Part shown: piece after piece, positions 1-10,777 of the stretch
How positions within the stretch are numbered: position 1 is the first letter of the stretch
How the letters are laid out: the number at the start of each line of letters is the position of its first letter
Assembly: GCA_943704415.1 (NCBI GenBank)
Contig: CALSCO010001524.1
Span: 45,591 to 65,590 of the forward strand
Length of the DNA: 20,000 bases
DNA from: Parvularia atlantis
Lineage: Eukaryota
Direction: 5' to 3'
Made by a program: the position numbers and the translations under genes
Notes under the pieces: generated by a model
The model's database searches: none
What the model was told of the DNA's origin: nothing
The model's input: the letters and a program-made list of their open reading frames with translations, nothing else

Positions 1-1235
1 GTGCGCCGCGCGCATGCCCTCGAGCTCGCTCTCGTTCTTGAGCGCTGCTCGAACGCTTCAGCGGGCGGGCGGGCAAGCGCGGCGCTCACGGGCACGCACA
101 CTTAAACACCGTCACCGGCGACAGCACGTCCTCGACCTGCACGCCCTGCAGCGCCTGGTACAGCGCGAGGCTGCACGAGCGGTTGACGAGCACCTGGGCA
201 CGGCGCAACGGCGATGAGCCTCATGTGCATGGCATGTCGCGTGTGTACCTTGGGCTTGTCGGCGCCGCTCGCGCGCGCCTGCAGCTGCTTTGCCAGCGCG
301 GCCATGTCGTCGAAAACGGTATCGTACGGGCGCAGCTGCACGTTGGGCCCGAGGTGCGCCTTGACCGTGTCGTCGTACTTGTCCGCGTCGAGGTACAGCC
401 GCACCTCGTCCAGGCCGACGTAGGCTGCGGCGCCTGCAGTGAGCACGGCTGCGCGCATCGGGGGCGTTGCACCATAGCTGAAGAAGACTGGGTTGTAGTC
501 GATGTCGTTGCCGCGCAGGTTGAACAGCCACGCAACGTCGTCCAGCGCGGTCACGAGCAGGCCCTCGGCGCCGCGCGTCCGCAGCTCGTCGCGCACCATC
601 TGTACCTTGGCAGCAACAGTCTTGCCCGTGTACGCGTCGGGCAGCACGGCGACCTTGTTGGACGGGCGGGGCGGTCGGTCGGTCCAGACCTCGTCGACGA
701 GGTTCTCGACGCGCGCGACGAGCTCGTGGCCCGCGGCCTTAAGCGCCGTCTCGAGTGGGCGCGCGGCCGATACGGGCAGCATGCGCGCGTCGACGCCGAC
801 GGTCGCGCCGGGCGCAGGCAGCCGCGCGACGAGCCACTCCTCACGCGTCTTGGTCTTGGCCTGACCGTGGCGCATCAGCGTCCAGTCGGGGCCGAGCTCG
901 GCTGCGTCCAACGTGAGCCGCGCGCGGACGGCAGCGGTGACGCGGGTGGCACGCGCACCCTCCGCCTGCAGCCAGTAGCGGCCGTCGGTCCAGAGCGCGG
1001 CCTCGGCCTGCGTCACGACCGCGAAGCCCATCGAGCCGGTGAAGCCGGTGAGGAACTGGCGGCGCTTGTCGCACTCGGCCACGTACTCGCTCTGCCGCGC
1101 GCGTGCGTTCAGCGCCCCTCAGGCGCACACACGAGCGAGAAGCAGACGCGCCTGGTGCGCGTCCTCGGCCGGCACGACGTACGCGTCCAGGCGGCGCGCG
1201 TGCATCAGCGCACGCAACGTCTTTAGCGGTTCCAT
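1..1235 (-). CDS. XPNPEP1: Xaa-Pro aminopeptidase (aminopeptidase P, M24B, XPNPEP1-like), 5' part; continues past the left edge
   Basis: ATG at 1235. Introns at 1092-1151 (GC-AG), 902-958, 425-472, 194-248 and 45-99. Spliced product has [76 protein letters not shown] and KSLKNESELEGMRAAH, all typical of eukaryotic aminopeptidase P. Confidence 0.93.
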
Positions 1236-1341
1236 GACGGCTGCTCTGCGCATATACGTTCAAATGCGAATTGATGCGCAGTGTGATGCACAGCTGCGGC
1301 GGGGCAATTCGGAGCGTGGAGATCGAAGGACAGCGGGACGG

Positions 1342-4300
1342 ATGGAGGCGCGCCAGACGGCGGGGCGCTTCGTGGCGGGCGGCGACGCGAGCGCCGTGTG
1401 GCGTCAGCTGACGGCGTCGGCCGACGCGGACCCGCCCGACGGCGCCGCACTGCGCCCGGGGCCGCCGCAGCCCACGGCTTCGCGTCTCGTCGTGAATCTG
1501 CTCGAGGAGGAGGACGGCACAAGCACCCGCGACAGGACAGGTGAGACGTGTGCGCACGACGCGGACGAGGTCGCGCCGTGGGACTGGCCCGCGCAGCTCA
1601 ACGGCAGCAGCGGCAGCATCAGCAGCGGCAGCAGCTTCAACAGCGGCGGCGGCGGCACGTACGGCAACGGCGGCGGCAACGGCAGCGGCGACGGCATGTG
1701 GAAGCGTGCCGAATCGCCGCTGCGCCAAACGACAGTTAAGGCGCAGCCGCAGCCCTCGGACACGATCGCGGCGCATCTGGCAGCAGCGGCGCCGACCGCC
1801 GTGCGGCCGCTGAAGGTGTCGAACACAATCGCGGCGCATTTGGCGGCCGCGGCGACAACGGTCGTGCCGCCGCCACCGCCTCATCATGTCAAGCCATCGC
1901 GTTCGCACCAGCAGCATGTGCCGGCCCTGATGCCGCGCGCACTCCAGCAGCCGCCGCCGCCGCCGCCGCCGTACGACGCCAACTCGTGGCAGCGCAAGCT
2001 GGCGCAGCTGCGGCAGACGGACGGAAGCAGCAGCGACAGCGCCAGCACGCCCGCATCGGCGTTGATGACGAGGTCGAACGTGGACGCCGCGTACGGCGCC
2101 GTCGCGACGCTGCAAGACAGCGCGCGGCACCTCCAGATGCAGGAACAAGTGAAGTTGCTGCTGCACCAGCAACTGGAGCAGCGGAAGAAGCTGCAGGAGC
2201 TGCAGCGGGAGCAGCAACAGGCCGAGCAGCTCGCGTTCCAGGAGCGCCAGATGCAACAGCAGATGGTCATCCAGAGGCTGGAGCAGCAGCAGCAGCGCGA
2301 GCGAGAGCAGCGGGAGCTGCAGCAGCAGCGCGAGCGAGAGCAGCGGGAGCAGCAGCAGCAGAAGCGGCAGATGGAGCAAGAGCAGCTGCACGGCCAGCAA
2401 CGCCAGCAGCAGCGCGGGATCGGCTTGCCGCCCGCCGAGACGCCGGGCATCCGCGACGCCATCGCCATACTGCTCCCGCCCGATCAGGAGGCCGACATCT
2501 CGGACTCGAGTGTGCGCCTGCTGCAGCTCTTCGCGCACAGCCTGCGCAGCAACGGCACGTTCAACAGTGGCTGCCTGAGCCTCGCACGCTTCATCCGCGA
2601 CAACCCGCAGCCGTCGCCGCTCGTGGAGCCGTTCCTGTTCAACTGCATTCGGGTGCGCCCGTGCGAGCACGCCGCCTTGCCCGCCCGCACCATCTCACAC
2701 ACAGCGTGCGTGCATGCCCAGATCATCCGCAGCCGCTGCGTCCTGGCGGGTTTTGACTTTTCCACCGGTGCAGCGCGGCCACGGCGTTTCACGAGCCCTC
2801 TAGTTGCTGACGCACTCGCACACCAGGCTACCAGCTCTGCACGCTCGCGGCCAACCACGTGCACTTCAACAGCTTGGAGCGCAAAGGCACGCCATCTCGC
2901 GCGGCGCATTGTGGGCGGCCTGCCTGACGCGTGCGCACCCGCTGCAGCCTTTGTCGACGGCTGGGTGGAGGACCTGCGCCGGCGCATTGTGCAGGCGAAC
3001 CTGTTTGACGCGTCCGCCTCAGCGGCGCCCGCTCTCCCCACGGCGCCCGCGTCGGCCCCGTTGTCGAAGCTGGCGCCGGTGCCGCTGAAACCAGCCGCAC
3101 TTCTGCCCGCGCTCAACGTCACGCCCGAGGAGCAGCACCAACGCATGCTGCGCGAGCGTAAGCTGTCGCTGCAACGCGAACTGGAGCAGCTCCAGCACAA
3201 GCAGCAGCAGCTGATAAAGCAGCAGCGGATACGACCGACGCAGCAGCCCAAGACCGAGGCACCGCCTGTGGACGTGCAGCGGCTGCGCCTGCGCCTGCCC
3301 AGCGGCTCGCCCCAGACAAACGGCCTCAGCACGGCGGACGTGGGACCCACGCCGCAGATGCCGTCGCCCGGCCTCAAGCCCGTGCAGATCGTCAAGCTCA
3401 GCCCTGCGCCCGAGGCCGAGTTTGCGCCGACCCCGGTGTGCAAGGCCCCGCACAAGCCGCGCGCGCGGTGTGCCAGCAGCGGCGGCGGCGATAGCAGCGC
3501 CAAGAGCAGCCCGCGGGCGAGCGCATCTCCCGCCCTGCCGTCGGTTTCGTCGCCGTCGCCGTCGCCGTCAACGTCAACGTCGCAGCCACTCCCAGCCGCC
3601 GCGCCCAAGGGCAAGTCACCCGCATCTACGCCGTCGTCGGCGCAGAGTGCCGCAGCCAAGGCATTGCTATCGCAGCGGTCAACACTCAGCCCGATCTCTG
3701 CTCCGGCCGCAGCTATGCCCCTACCAGCACCAGCACCAGCACCAGCACCACCGACACCAGCAGCGGTGGCGGACGCACCGTCTGCACCGCCCTCCAAGAA
3801 GCATAAGAGCAACGGTGGCAACGAGCTCCGCGCCCGGGCCAAGTCGACCGCCGCGCTCGCCCTCGCCACTGCGCCGGAGATCGTCGTCGTGCCGACCGCA
3901 CTGCCCGGGCCATCAGTCGCGCCCGCGCCCAAGCCTGCAGCGGCGCCGGCAAGTTCGCAGACCCCGTTCGAGCGGCGCGCCGACATGTACTACCGGCGCA
4001 TGGCGCTGGTCGTCAACCCGTTCCAGATGATGCAGGGGCTCAATATGGCCAACGTCACGTTCAACATCCCCGAGAAGCTGTTTGAGAGCATCTTGCGGCG
4101 GTGCGCGCCCATCGTGCAGCTCTGTGTGGGCTGACTGGCCGCGTGCGGTCGCAGATCAGAGCACTTTGAGGCGCCGCTGCTGATCCAGCTGCTCCCGTTC
4201 CGCATCGCTGACCCGGTGCAGAAGTGCGCGTGGCCCGAGGACGCGGCGGTGCAGTTCAACCAGCGCGTCGTGCGCATCGACAAGGTGCGCCCGCACCGTC

Positions 4301-5642
4301 GGCGCAGTTTCGCAGGCGTGATGATGCTGACGCGGGCGCAGAAACGGCCCGTGCGCATTCCCGGCCGCCCGGGTACGGCGTACCAGGGTGTGGACAAGCC
4401 GCTGAACCTGTCGTCGCTGTGCCTGTGCGGGGCCAACGTGCTGGTCATCTCGAGCCGGCTGAGCGGCACAGTCAGTGGCCCGCGTCGGCGCAGACCGTGC
4501 TGACTGACGCGCCGCCGCCCGCAGGAGTTTGCGTTCTGCGTGGAGCTGCTCGTGCCCGAGTCACGCGAGCGCATCGTGCAGCGCACGTTCATGACGCCGT
4601 TCACGGAGGAGGATGGCCTGCTGCTGGGTGCGTGCCTTGGGTGGCTGGCTGTGCGTTGCAGCCGACCGCTCATCGGCCGCACGTAGCGCGTCGCTGGCTC
4701 TCGCCCAACGATGTGGACGACGACTTGCAGCTGGTCGAAAACCGGGCCAAGCTAAGCACTCGCTGTCCGATCTCGCTCACGCGCATCGTCACGCCCATCC
4801 GCGGCAACGGCTGTGTGCACGTACAGGTGCGTGCGTGCGACGCGCATCGGCGGCCGGCGCGCGCTGACCTCGTACGCCGCAGTGCTTCGACATGGACGCT
4901 TACCTCACGATCAACCGCGCCAAGCCGATGTGGAAGTGCCCCGTGTGCAAGTGCGTCGCTCGGCAGCAGCAGCAGACGAAGGCTCACGCGCACACGCAGC
5001 AAACCGGCGCTGCAGAACGCGCTCCGTCTCGACAAGTTCTTCACCAAGCTGCTGTCAAGCATCCCCAGGTGCGGGCGCTTGCAGCGCAGGCGCAGGGCCA
5101 AGCTGACCCACCGCCGCGGTGCGCAGCGACGTGACCGACTTTGTGATCAACGCGAGCGGGGAGTGGGCGCTCGTGACGGAGGAGAAGACGGCACCCGCGC
5201 GGCCTCACAGTGCGCGCGCGCGCGCGCGTGAAGGTGCACCAGCGGGCACGCCCGACTGACGCACGGGCACGCAGACGCAGACAAGCTGCGACGGACGGCA
5301 GCCGGCGCAGCATCGGGCCAGCAGGCATTGCCGACGACCGCACGCAGCGTCAAGTACGAGCCGGGCTCGCCGCACCCGCCGATCTACATCAACCTGTGCT
5401 CGGACGAGGAGGCGGAGAGTGGCGACGAGGCGGTGCGACCCGTGTGCGTGAGCGCTGGGCGTTGTCTGACGCGCGGGTTGGCGCCGCAGCTACGAGCGTC
5501 CAAGCGCAAGCACGCTGACGCGGGGGACGCGTTTGTCGCGCTCCCGGTGGCGAACGATGAGCCCGGGTCGCGCTTCGTCGACGAGGTGATGCAGCTCTTC
5601 ACCGCCCCGACGCCCGACATCCTTGACCTAAACAACCTGTGA
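1342..5642 (+). CDS. ZMIZ/Zimp-like zinc finger MIZ (SP-RING) protein, putative SUMO E3 ligase or coactivator
   Basis: About 12 introns with donors at 2653, 2768, 2887 (GC), 4101, 4285, 4471, 4628, 4827, 4951, 5069, 5210 and 5433. Spliced SP-RING reads LSTRCPISLTRIVTPIRGNGCVHVQCFDMDAYLTINRAKPMWKCPVCNKP. Upstream WPEDAAVQFN...KPLNLSSLCLCGANVLVI resembles the ZMIZ pre-RING region. Also a Zmiz1_N-like domain at about 2515-2980, a SIM-like IYINLCSDEE near the end, and Q/P-rich tracts. Start at 1342 is the most plausible ATG but is not certain. Confidence 0.85.
2137..2412 (+). repeat. CAG-rich poly-Q/QRE coding tract with a duplicated unit of about 33 nt (QQQREREQRE)
   Basis: cagcagcagcgcgagcgagagcagcgggagc occurs twice at about 2287-2350 inside the Q-rich segment of the ZMIZ-like gene. 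Confidence 0.8.
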
Positions 5643-5710
5643 ATGTGACGCGGCTGCTGCGCGATAGGCCTACAGCAAACACTTGATTGTTCTTGCCATG
5701 TGTACACTTT

Positions 5711-7162
5711 TCAGCAACGCGTCCAGACGCCCGGCCCGGGCCCGAAGAGCGCGTCGATGACGGACGACAGCCACCGGTGCACGGTCGAGAGGGCGTGGTC
5801 GCGCGCGATGAAGTAGAGCATGCGTGCCTCATTCAGGTGCTTGAACGGAACGGCCAGGAGGCTGCCGCGGCGCGACCAGCCCACGTCGACGATCCACGAC
5901 AGGTTCCACACACCCCGCGCGGGGCCGAGCGAGACGGCCTGGCTGTCGAGCGTGCCCGGGTAGGGCTGTCGGGCGGCGAGCGATCAGCGCACGGCACGCG
6001 ACGCGCACGCGCACGTTTGGCTCGGCTGGCGCGCCCCGGTGGTGCCACGCGAGCAGCTGGTCAGCGACGTGCTCGGCCTGGCGCACGGCCGCGCTCAACA
6101 GCTTCTCCTGCGGCACGTCGTTGGCGTCGCCGAGGACGAAGATGTGTGGCAGGCCGTGCAGGTGCAGCGCGGACGTGACACGGACAAAGCCCGCGGCGTC
6201 GAGGTGCTCGGCCATGCCCTGCGACCGACGTCAGCGCGTGCGTGCGCGATCGCGAGCAGCGCGTGCCTCGCGCAGGAAAGCCGTGTTGGGCACGTAGCCG
6301 GTGCAGTCGCAGACGACATCGGCACGCAGCACCTCGCCCGACGGCTCGCAGACGTAGTCGACGGTGCCGTCGAGGTGCTCGCGCCGGTACGCACGCTGAG
6401 CGAGCCGCACGTTGCAGCCGAGCAGCCTGCGCCGTGCCAGGCGATCAGGAAGGGCGAGCGAGGACGACAAGAAGCGCACCGCAGCGCGTCCAGGCTGCGC
6501 TCGCGCATGCGCCGGTGCGGCAGGCGGCCGAGCAGCTCGGTCTGGGCCGCGACGAGGGCGACGCGCGTCTTCGGGTGGCGCGCACACAGCTCGGCCGCAA
6601 GCTCGACGCCGACGGGGCCGCCGCCGATGACGAGGACTGGCGCCACCGGACGTCAGTCGCGCGCCACGTCGCGCGCGTCACACGACGCACCTGATCGCGC
6701 CGTCGCCAGCCCATCGCGCAGCCGCGCCAGCTGCGCCCACCGCGCCGCGCCGTCGTGCACGTCAGCAGGGACGCGCCACACATCGCCGGGGCGGTGCGAG
6801 CCGACGCAGAGGCACAGCGCGTCGAACGTGAGCCGCTCGCCCGTGCTGAGCAGGACATCGGCGGGCGTGACGGCGACGGCGCGGGCCACGACGACGCGCC
6901 CGCGCCGCACCGTCGCCGCGTGCGCGCGCACGATGCCGATCCACCGCCGCCGCGCGTGCGCCGCGTCCGCGTCGCCGGCCACCGCGATCGTGCTCGGCGT
7001 GTACTCGAAGAAGTCCTGCAGCGCCGCGGGCGTCACGAGGGCAGCAGCAGCACGCATCGTGAGGCGCGCCTTGGTGTCGACGAGCACGACGTCCAACGTC
7101 GCATCGAGCCGCGCCGCGAGCGTCACGCCTGCCGCGCCGCCGCCGACGATCACGACGCGCAT
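5711..7162 (-). CDS. FAD/NAD(P)H-dependent oxidoreductase, AIFM2/AMID/FSP1-like (Pyr_redox_2)
   Basis: ATG at 7162, five introns, two of them GC-AG (7016-7069, 6219-6266). Motifs: MRVVIVGGGAAG (FAD), VLVDTKDFFEYTPS, FDALCLCVGS, VLVIGGGPVGVELAAEL (NAD), CTGYVPNTAFL, GFVRV, HIFVLGD, VSLGP. TGA at 5711-5713. Confidence 0.88.
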
Positions 7163-7234
7163 GATCAGCAAGCCAACTGGCCGGTCCACTTGAGCAGAGC
7201 AGCAGCAAGCAAGCACAGCTTCACTTCCCGGGTC

Positions 7235-9277
7235 TCACAGCACGACCGACGACGCGTTGCGCAGCGCCCGCTGCTCGTGGATGCGCGTCGCGAACGAGCT
7301 GAAGAAGCCGCCCAGGAACACCTCGGCGTGCTCGGCGCAGACCGTCTGGTCGACCAACGCCGCCTCGACCGCGTCCAGGTCGTCGCCGTCGTCCGCCACC
7401 GCGGCCTGCGCGGCGCTCGACAGCGTCACGTCGAAGCCGGTGCCGGCCAGCAGCGCAAAGTCGTCGGCCGACGCTGCGCCGTGCGTCGCCAGAAAGACCT
7501 GCGTGAGCCCGCGCGGGCCCAGGTGTCGCGACAACTCGTCCGCCAGCCGCGGCAGCGGCATCATGCAGCGCTCGTGCAGCTCCGGCAGGCCCTCGTGGAA
7601 CATGCACTTGCGCGCGACGTCGCCGCGACGCACGTGCACGCACGCGAAGCGGCGCTCGTGCTGCGGCAGACGCCCGAGCAGCGCCCGCACCACGTCCGCC
7701 GCGCGCTGCCGGAGACGCTCGTGCGGGACAACGCCGCGCTGCACGGCCGCGTAGGTCGGCTCGCGCATAAACTCGTCGTAGTAGCGCGCCACGGGGTGCG
7801 TCCGCCGCACACCAAAGTCGTAGTAGTGGAACAGCGCGCCCAGGCCCAGCACCGCGCTCGTGTCACCGCCGTGCAGCCCCAGCAGCTGCTCGCGCGTCAG
7901 CTCGTACTCGACGTTGTGGTCGACCACGACCGCGGCCTCCGTCGCGCGGCGCAGCCCGAGAACGTCACGGTAGTAGCGCACGAGCTGGCCCACCGACGCT
8001 CCCTCGCCCAGCTGGTGGTGCCGCGGGCGCATGGGTGTGTCGGCGTGCACGCGAACGAAGCTCGTGCTGTCGATCCAGCGGCACGGCAGCGCGTCGTGCG
8101 CGGCCCGCAGGTCATAGTAGCGGCCGAACGGCGCCCAGGTGTACTCGCGCGGCTCGAATCGCTCGCTGCGTGCGCTCGGTGCTCGGTGGCCGACGAGCGG
8201 CAGCACGAGCACGCGGTCCAGCAGCGCGGCGAGCGCACACGCCGACGTCAGGCCGAGCAGCTGGTTGCCGAGCTGCTCCCAGGGCATGTGCACCAGGTAG
8301 CGTGCCGTGCCTTGCGCCAACTCCTCCAGCCGCCGCTCGTAGACGGTGCCAGCCAGCTCGGCAGGCACGACGAGCACGGTGTGCACGTCGGCGTCGTAGC
8401 GCAACATCGCAGCGTCGCGCGCCGACACGACCAGCGTGCGATTGGGCCCCGCCGGCATCAGCAGCGCGAGCGCGCGCACGGCGGCCGCGCCTCGCGTCGC
8501 GCTCGACACGACGCGGTGCGTGCGCCACACTTCCACTAGGCGGCGCACGTCCGCGTCTGCTGTCGCCATGAGCGTGTCGACGAGCTCGGCATCGCCGACG
8601 GTCGGTCGCGCTGCGATCACAAACGCGACGTGCCGCGCCAGGCCGACGGTGCCGTCCGGGCCGCGCGCCACATGCTGTCCACGTGCCACTGCGCGCAGCA
8701 GGGCGACCGCGCGCTCCGTGACGTCTGTGCCGGCGACGACGACCGAGAGCGCGCGCCCGCTCAGCATCGTCGTCGTGAGGGCCATGTGCAGCGTCGCGGC
8801 GGCCCAGAGCGCGCAGTACAGGTCCGTGTCGTCGGCGCACGCCCACGGCAGCACGACGATGACGGGTGCGGCCAGCGGCGCGAGGGCGGCGGGCGGCAGG
8901 GCGGGCGCGTCGGCAGCGCGGACGACGCCATTGGGCAGCAACGCGCGCAGCTTGGCGAGGGCGGGCGTGTCGGCGGGCGGCAGCACGTGCAGTGCGATCC
9001 AGCCGCGTGCGTCGGCACCGTCGCTCGCGATCGAGACGTTGCGCGCCAGGCACAGGCCGCTCTCGTCCGCGTCGCACCAGATCGCGCTGGTGACGAAGTT
9101 GCGCGGTGCCGACGCGGGCCGCAGTACGCGCGCGCCCAGATCGACGATGCGCACGGCGCCGAGCACCAGCAGCAGCAGCGTCGCACTGGCCAGCGCGCCG
9201 TGCAGCGCCGGCGGCGTCCACGGGCTGCGCACGACGCGCGAGACGCAGCGCCGCGCCCGCCGCCGCGCCGAGGTCAC
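7235..9277 (-). CDS. Type II membrane glycosyltransferase with C-terminal GDP-fucose O-fucosyltransferase-like domain
   Basis: Uninterrupted 680-codon frame. Basic N-terminus followed by hydrophobic ALASATLLLLVLGAV. O-FucT motifs EQLGNQ...LLDRVLVLP, ACVHVRRGD, VFLAT and DQTVCAEHAEVFLGGFFSSF..RI. Start codon unresolved because no in-frame ATG precedes the TM segment. Confidence 0.78.
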   Translation of the reverse strand: MTSARRRARRCVSRVVRSPWTPPALHGALASATLLLLVLGAVRIVDLGARVLRPASAPRNFVTSAIWCDADESGLCLARNVSIASDGADARGWIALHVLPPADTPALAKLRALLPNGVVRAADAPALPPAALAPLAAPVIVVLPWACADDTDLYCALWAAATLHMALTTTMLSGRALSVVVAGTDVTERAVALLRAVARGQHVARGPDGTVGLARHVAFVIAARPTVGDAELVDTLMATADADVRRLVEVWRTHRVVSSATRGAAAVRALALLMPAGPNRTLVVSARDAAMLRYDADVHTVLVVPAELAGTVYERRLEELAQGTARYLVHMPWEQLGNQLLGLTSACALAALLDRVLVLPLVGHRAPSARSERFEPREYTWAPFGRYYDLRAAHDALPCRWIDSTSFVRVHADTPMRPRHHQLGEGASVGQLVRYYRDVLGLRRATEAAVVVDHNVEYELTREQLLGLHGGDTSAVLGLGALFHYYDFGVRRTHPVARYYDEFMREPTYAAVQRGVVPHERLRQRAADVVRALLGRLPQHERRFACVHVRRGDVARKCMFHEGLPELHERCMMPLPRLADELSRHLGPRGLTQVFLATHGAASADDFALLAGTGFDVTLSSAAQAAVADDGDDLDAVEAALVDQTVCAEHAEVFLGGFFSSFATRIHEQRALRNASSVVL

Positions 9278-9312
9278 GTGTTCCGTCGGGGGCGGATCGG
9301 CGGTTTGTCAAG

Positions 9313-10411
9313 ATGCCGGCGACCAAGCGGCCACGTGGCGGCGAGGTGGCGGAGGCGGCGCCGTGGTCGTCGCCGCGCAAGAGCGCGCGCCGTGCGCAGC
9401 CCGCGGACAACGAGATCGATGCGCCGCCGACGCCCCTGCGCCGATCTGCGCGCCGGCATGGCGTCGCCGCGTCGTCCGACGTCGACTCGTCCGACCCGAT
9501 CGCGCCGCCACCGACGACGACGACGACGACGACGACGAGGCGGGCGAGCCGCGCGCGTGCCAGCCGGCGGCTCGTTGAGGCGTCGTCCGACCTGGCGGCG
9601 TACGTGACGGCGTCCGAGGGGCCCGGCGACGACAACGGCGATGCGGACGTGCCGCGGCCGACTGTCGTGGCCGCGCATCTCTCAGGAGGGGCAGGTGGGC
9701 ACACTGCGAGTGCGGCGGGGGCGAGCGGGCAAGATGCGGGTGCGGCCGAGGCGAGTGGGCAAGACGCAGGCAGGCAGGCATCTGCTCCCACTGCCGAACA
9801 GCCTGCACCAACAGCCGAGCAGCCGGCAGCGATTGCGCCAACAGCTGAGCAGCCGACACCGCCAGCCCACGCAAACGGCGAGCAGATGAGCAAGTCGCCG
9901 CGCGGACGCCCGGTTTCGGGTCGGCCATGGAAGCCCGAGCACAAGCCGTGCGTCGCCGCTCGCACCTCAACCGCACGCTCACGCTCGCCCTCGGCAGCAT
10001 TAAGCAGATCATCCAGGGCAAGCACATGAAGACCGGCTTTGCCAAGCGCCTGCAGCTCGAGCACGCCGCCAAGCTCGTCAAACAGACCGAGCGCGAGATG
10101 AAGGAGGCCAAGGCGCGCGCCAAGGAGGCACGTTCTCGCGTGTACACGCGCGCACAAGCACGCCGATCAACCCTCGCTCCGCCGCAGGAGACGCGCCGCC
10201 GCGCCGAGGAGCAGCGCAGGCGCCGCGAAGAGAACGCGCGCAAGAGTGAGGTGCACCAAGTGGTGCGTCCGCCTCTCCGCACACGCATGTCCGCCACTGA
10301 GCGCCGCCCCCGCGCCCGCAGATCAGCAACACGCGCAAGCTCAAGACGATGAGCCGCAAGCAGCTGCGCCAGATCACAAAGGGCGAGGCGAACCCGTCCG
10401 CAAGGTCGTGA
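9313..10411 (+). CDS. CCDC86: CCDC86/Cgr1-family nucleolar coiled-coil protein
   Basis: ATG at 9313. Introns 9948-9997, 10128-10187 (probably GC-AG) and 10263-10321. Low-complexity N-terminus, then PRGRPVSGRPWK and RRRREENARKSEVHQVISNTRKLKTMSRKQLRQI, matching the conserved CCDC86 C-terminus. Confidence 0.85.
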
Positions 10412-10740
10412 GGGCGACCCTGTGTCACTTGCTCAGACGCAGCAGTCGCTCATGCAGGTTGACAATACCCTCCACACGGTCCTGCACTGCATCGTGCCTG
10501 GGCAGACCTGCGTAGTCGTCGTCGACGCGCCCGCCGTCGCCGCCACACCCGTCGCCGTCGCGCCCGTCAGGTTCAAGCCCGTCGCCGTCGCCACTGCCTT
10601 GACCGGCACAGGTCTCACGGTCTGTCCCAGCACCGCGTCGGCAGTTGCGCCGCGGCGGCGCCGCAGCGACCGCTCAGACGACTCTGCGCTGCTGGCGTCG
10701 TCCGCTTGCGCCCTCGAGGCGACCGTGCCTGTGTTGAAGT

Positions 10741-10777
10741 GGACCGCGCCCGACAAAGGACCGCGCCCGTCAAAGGA
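10741..10777 (+). repeat. Tandem 17-nt direct repeat upstream of MOCS2A
   Basis: GGACCGCGCCCGACAAA GGACCGCGCCCGTCAAA GGA, one mismatch between copies. Confidence 0.75.

Noticed and set aside
1541..1596. Apparent intron GTGAGA...GCGCAG in exon 1 of the ZMIZ-like gene
   Set aside because: Removing 56 nt would shift the open frame, and there is no good branch motif.
1756..1860. Duplicated unit encoding S[DN]TIAAHLAAAA twice
   Set aside because: Ordinary internal duplication in a disordered coding region, with no sign of mobility.
841..10157. Long antisense and alternate-frame ORFs (841-2670-, 2484-3986-, 6755-8539+, 8112-10157-, 8436-9578+)
   Set aside because: Shadow frames of real genes in very GC-rich DNA with few stop codons. 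They are R/A-rich with no recognisable domains.
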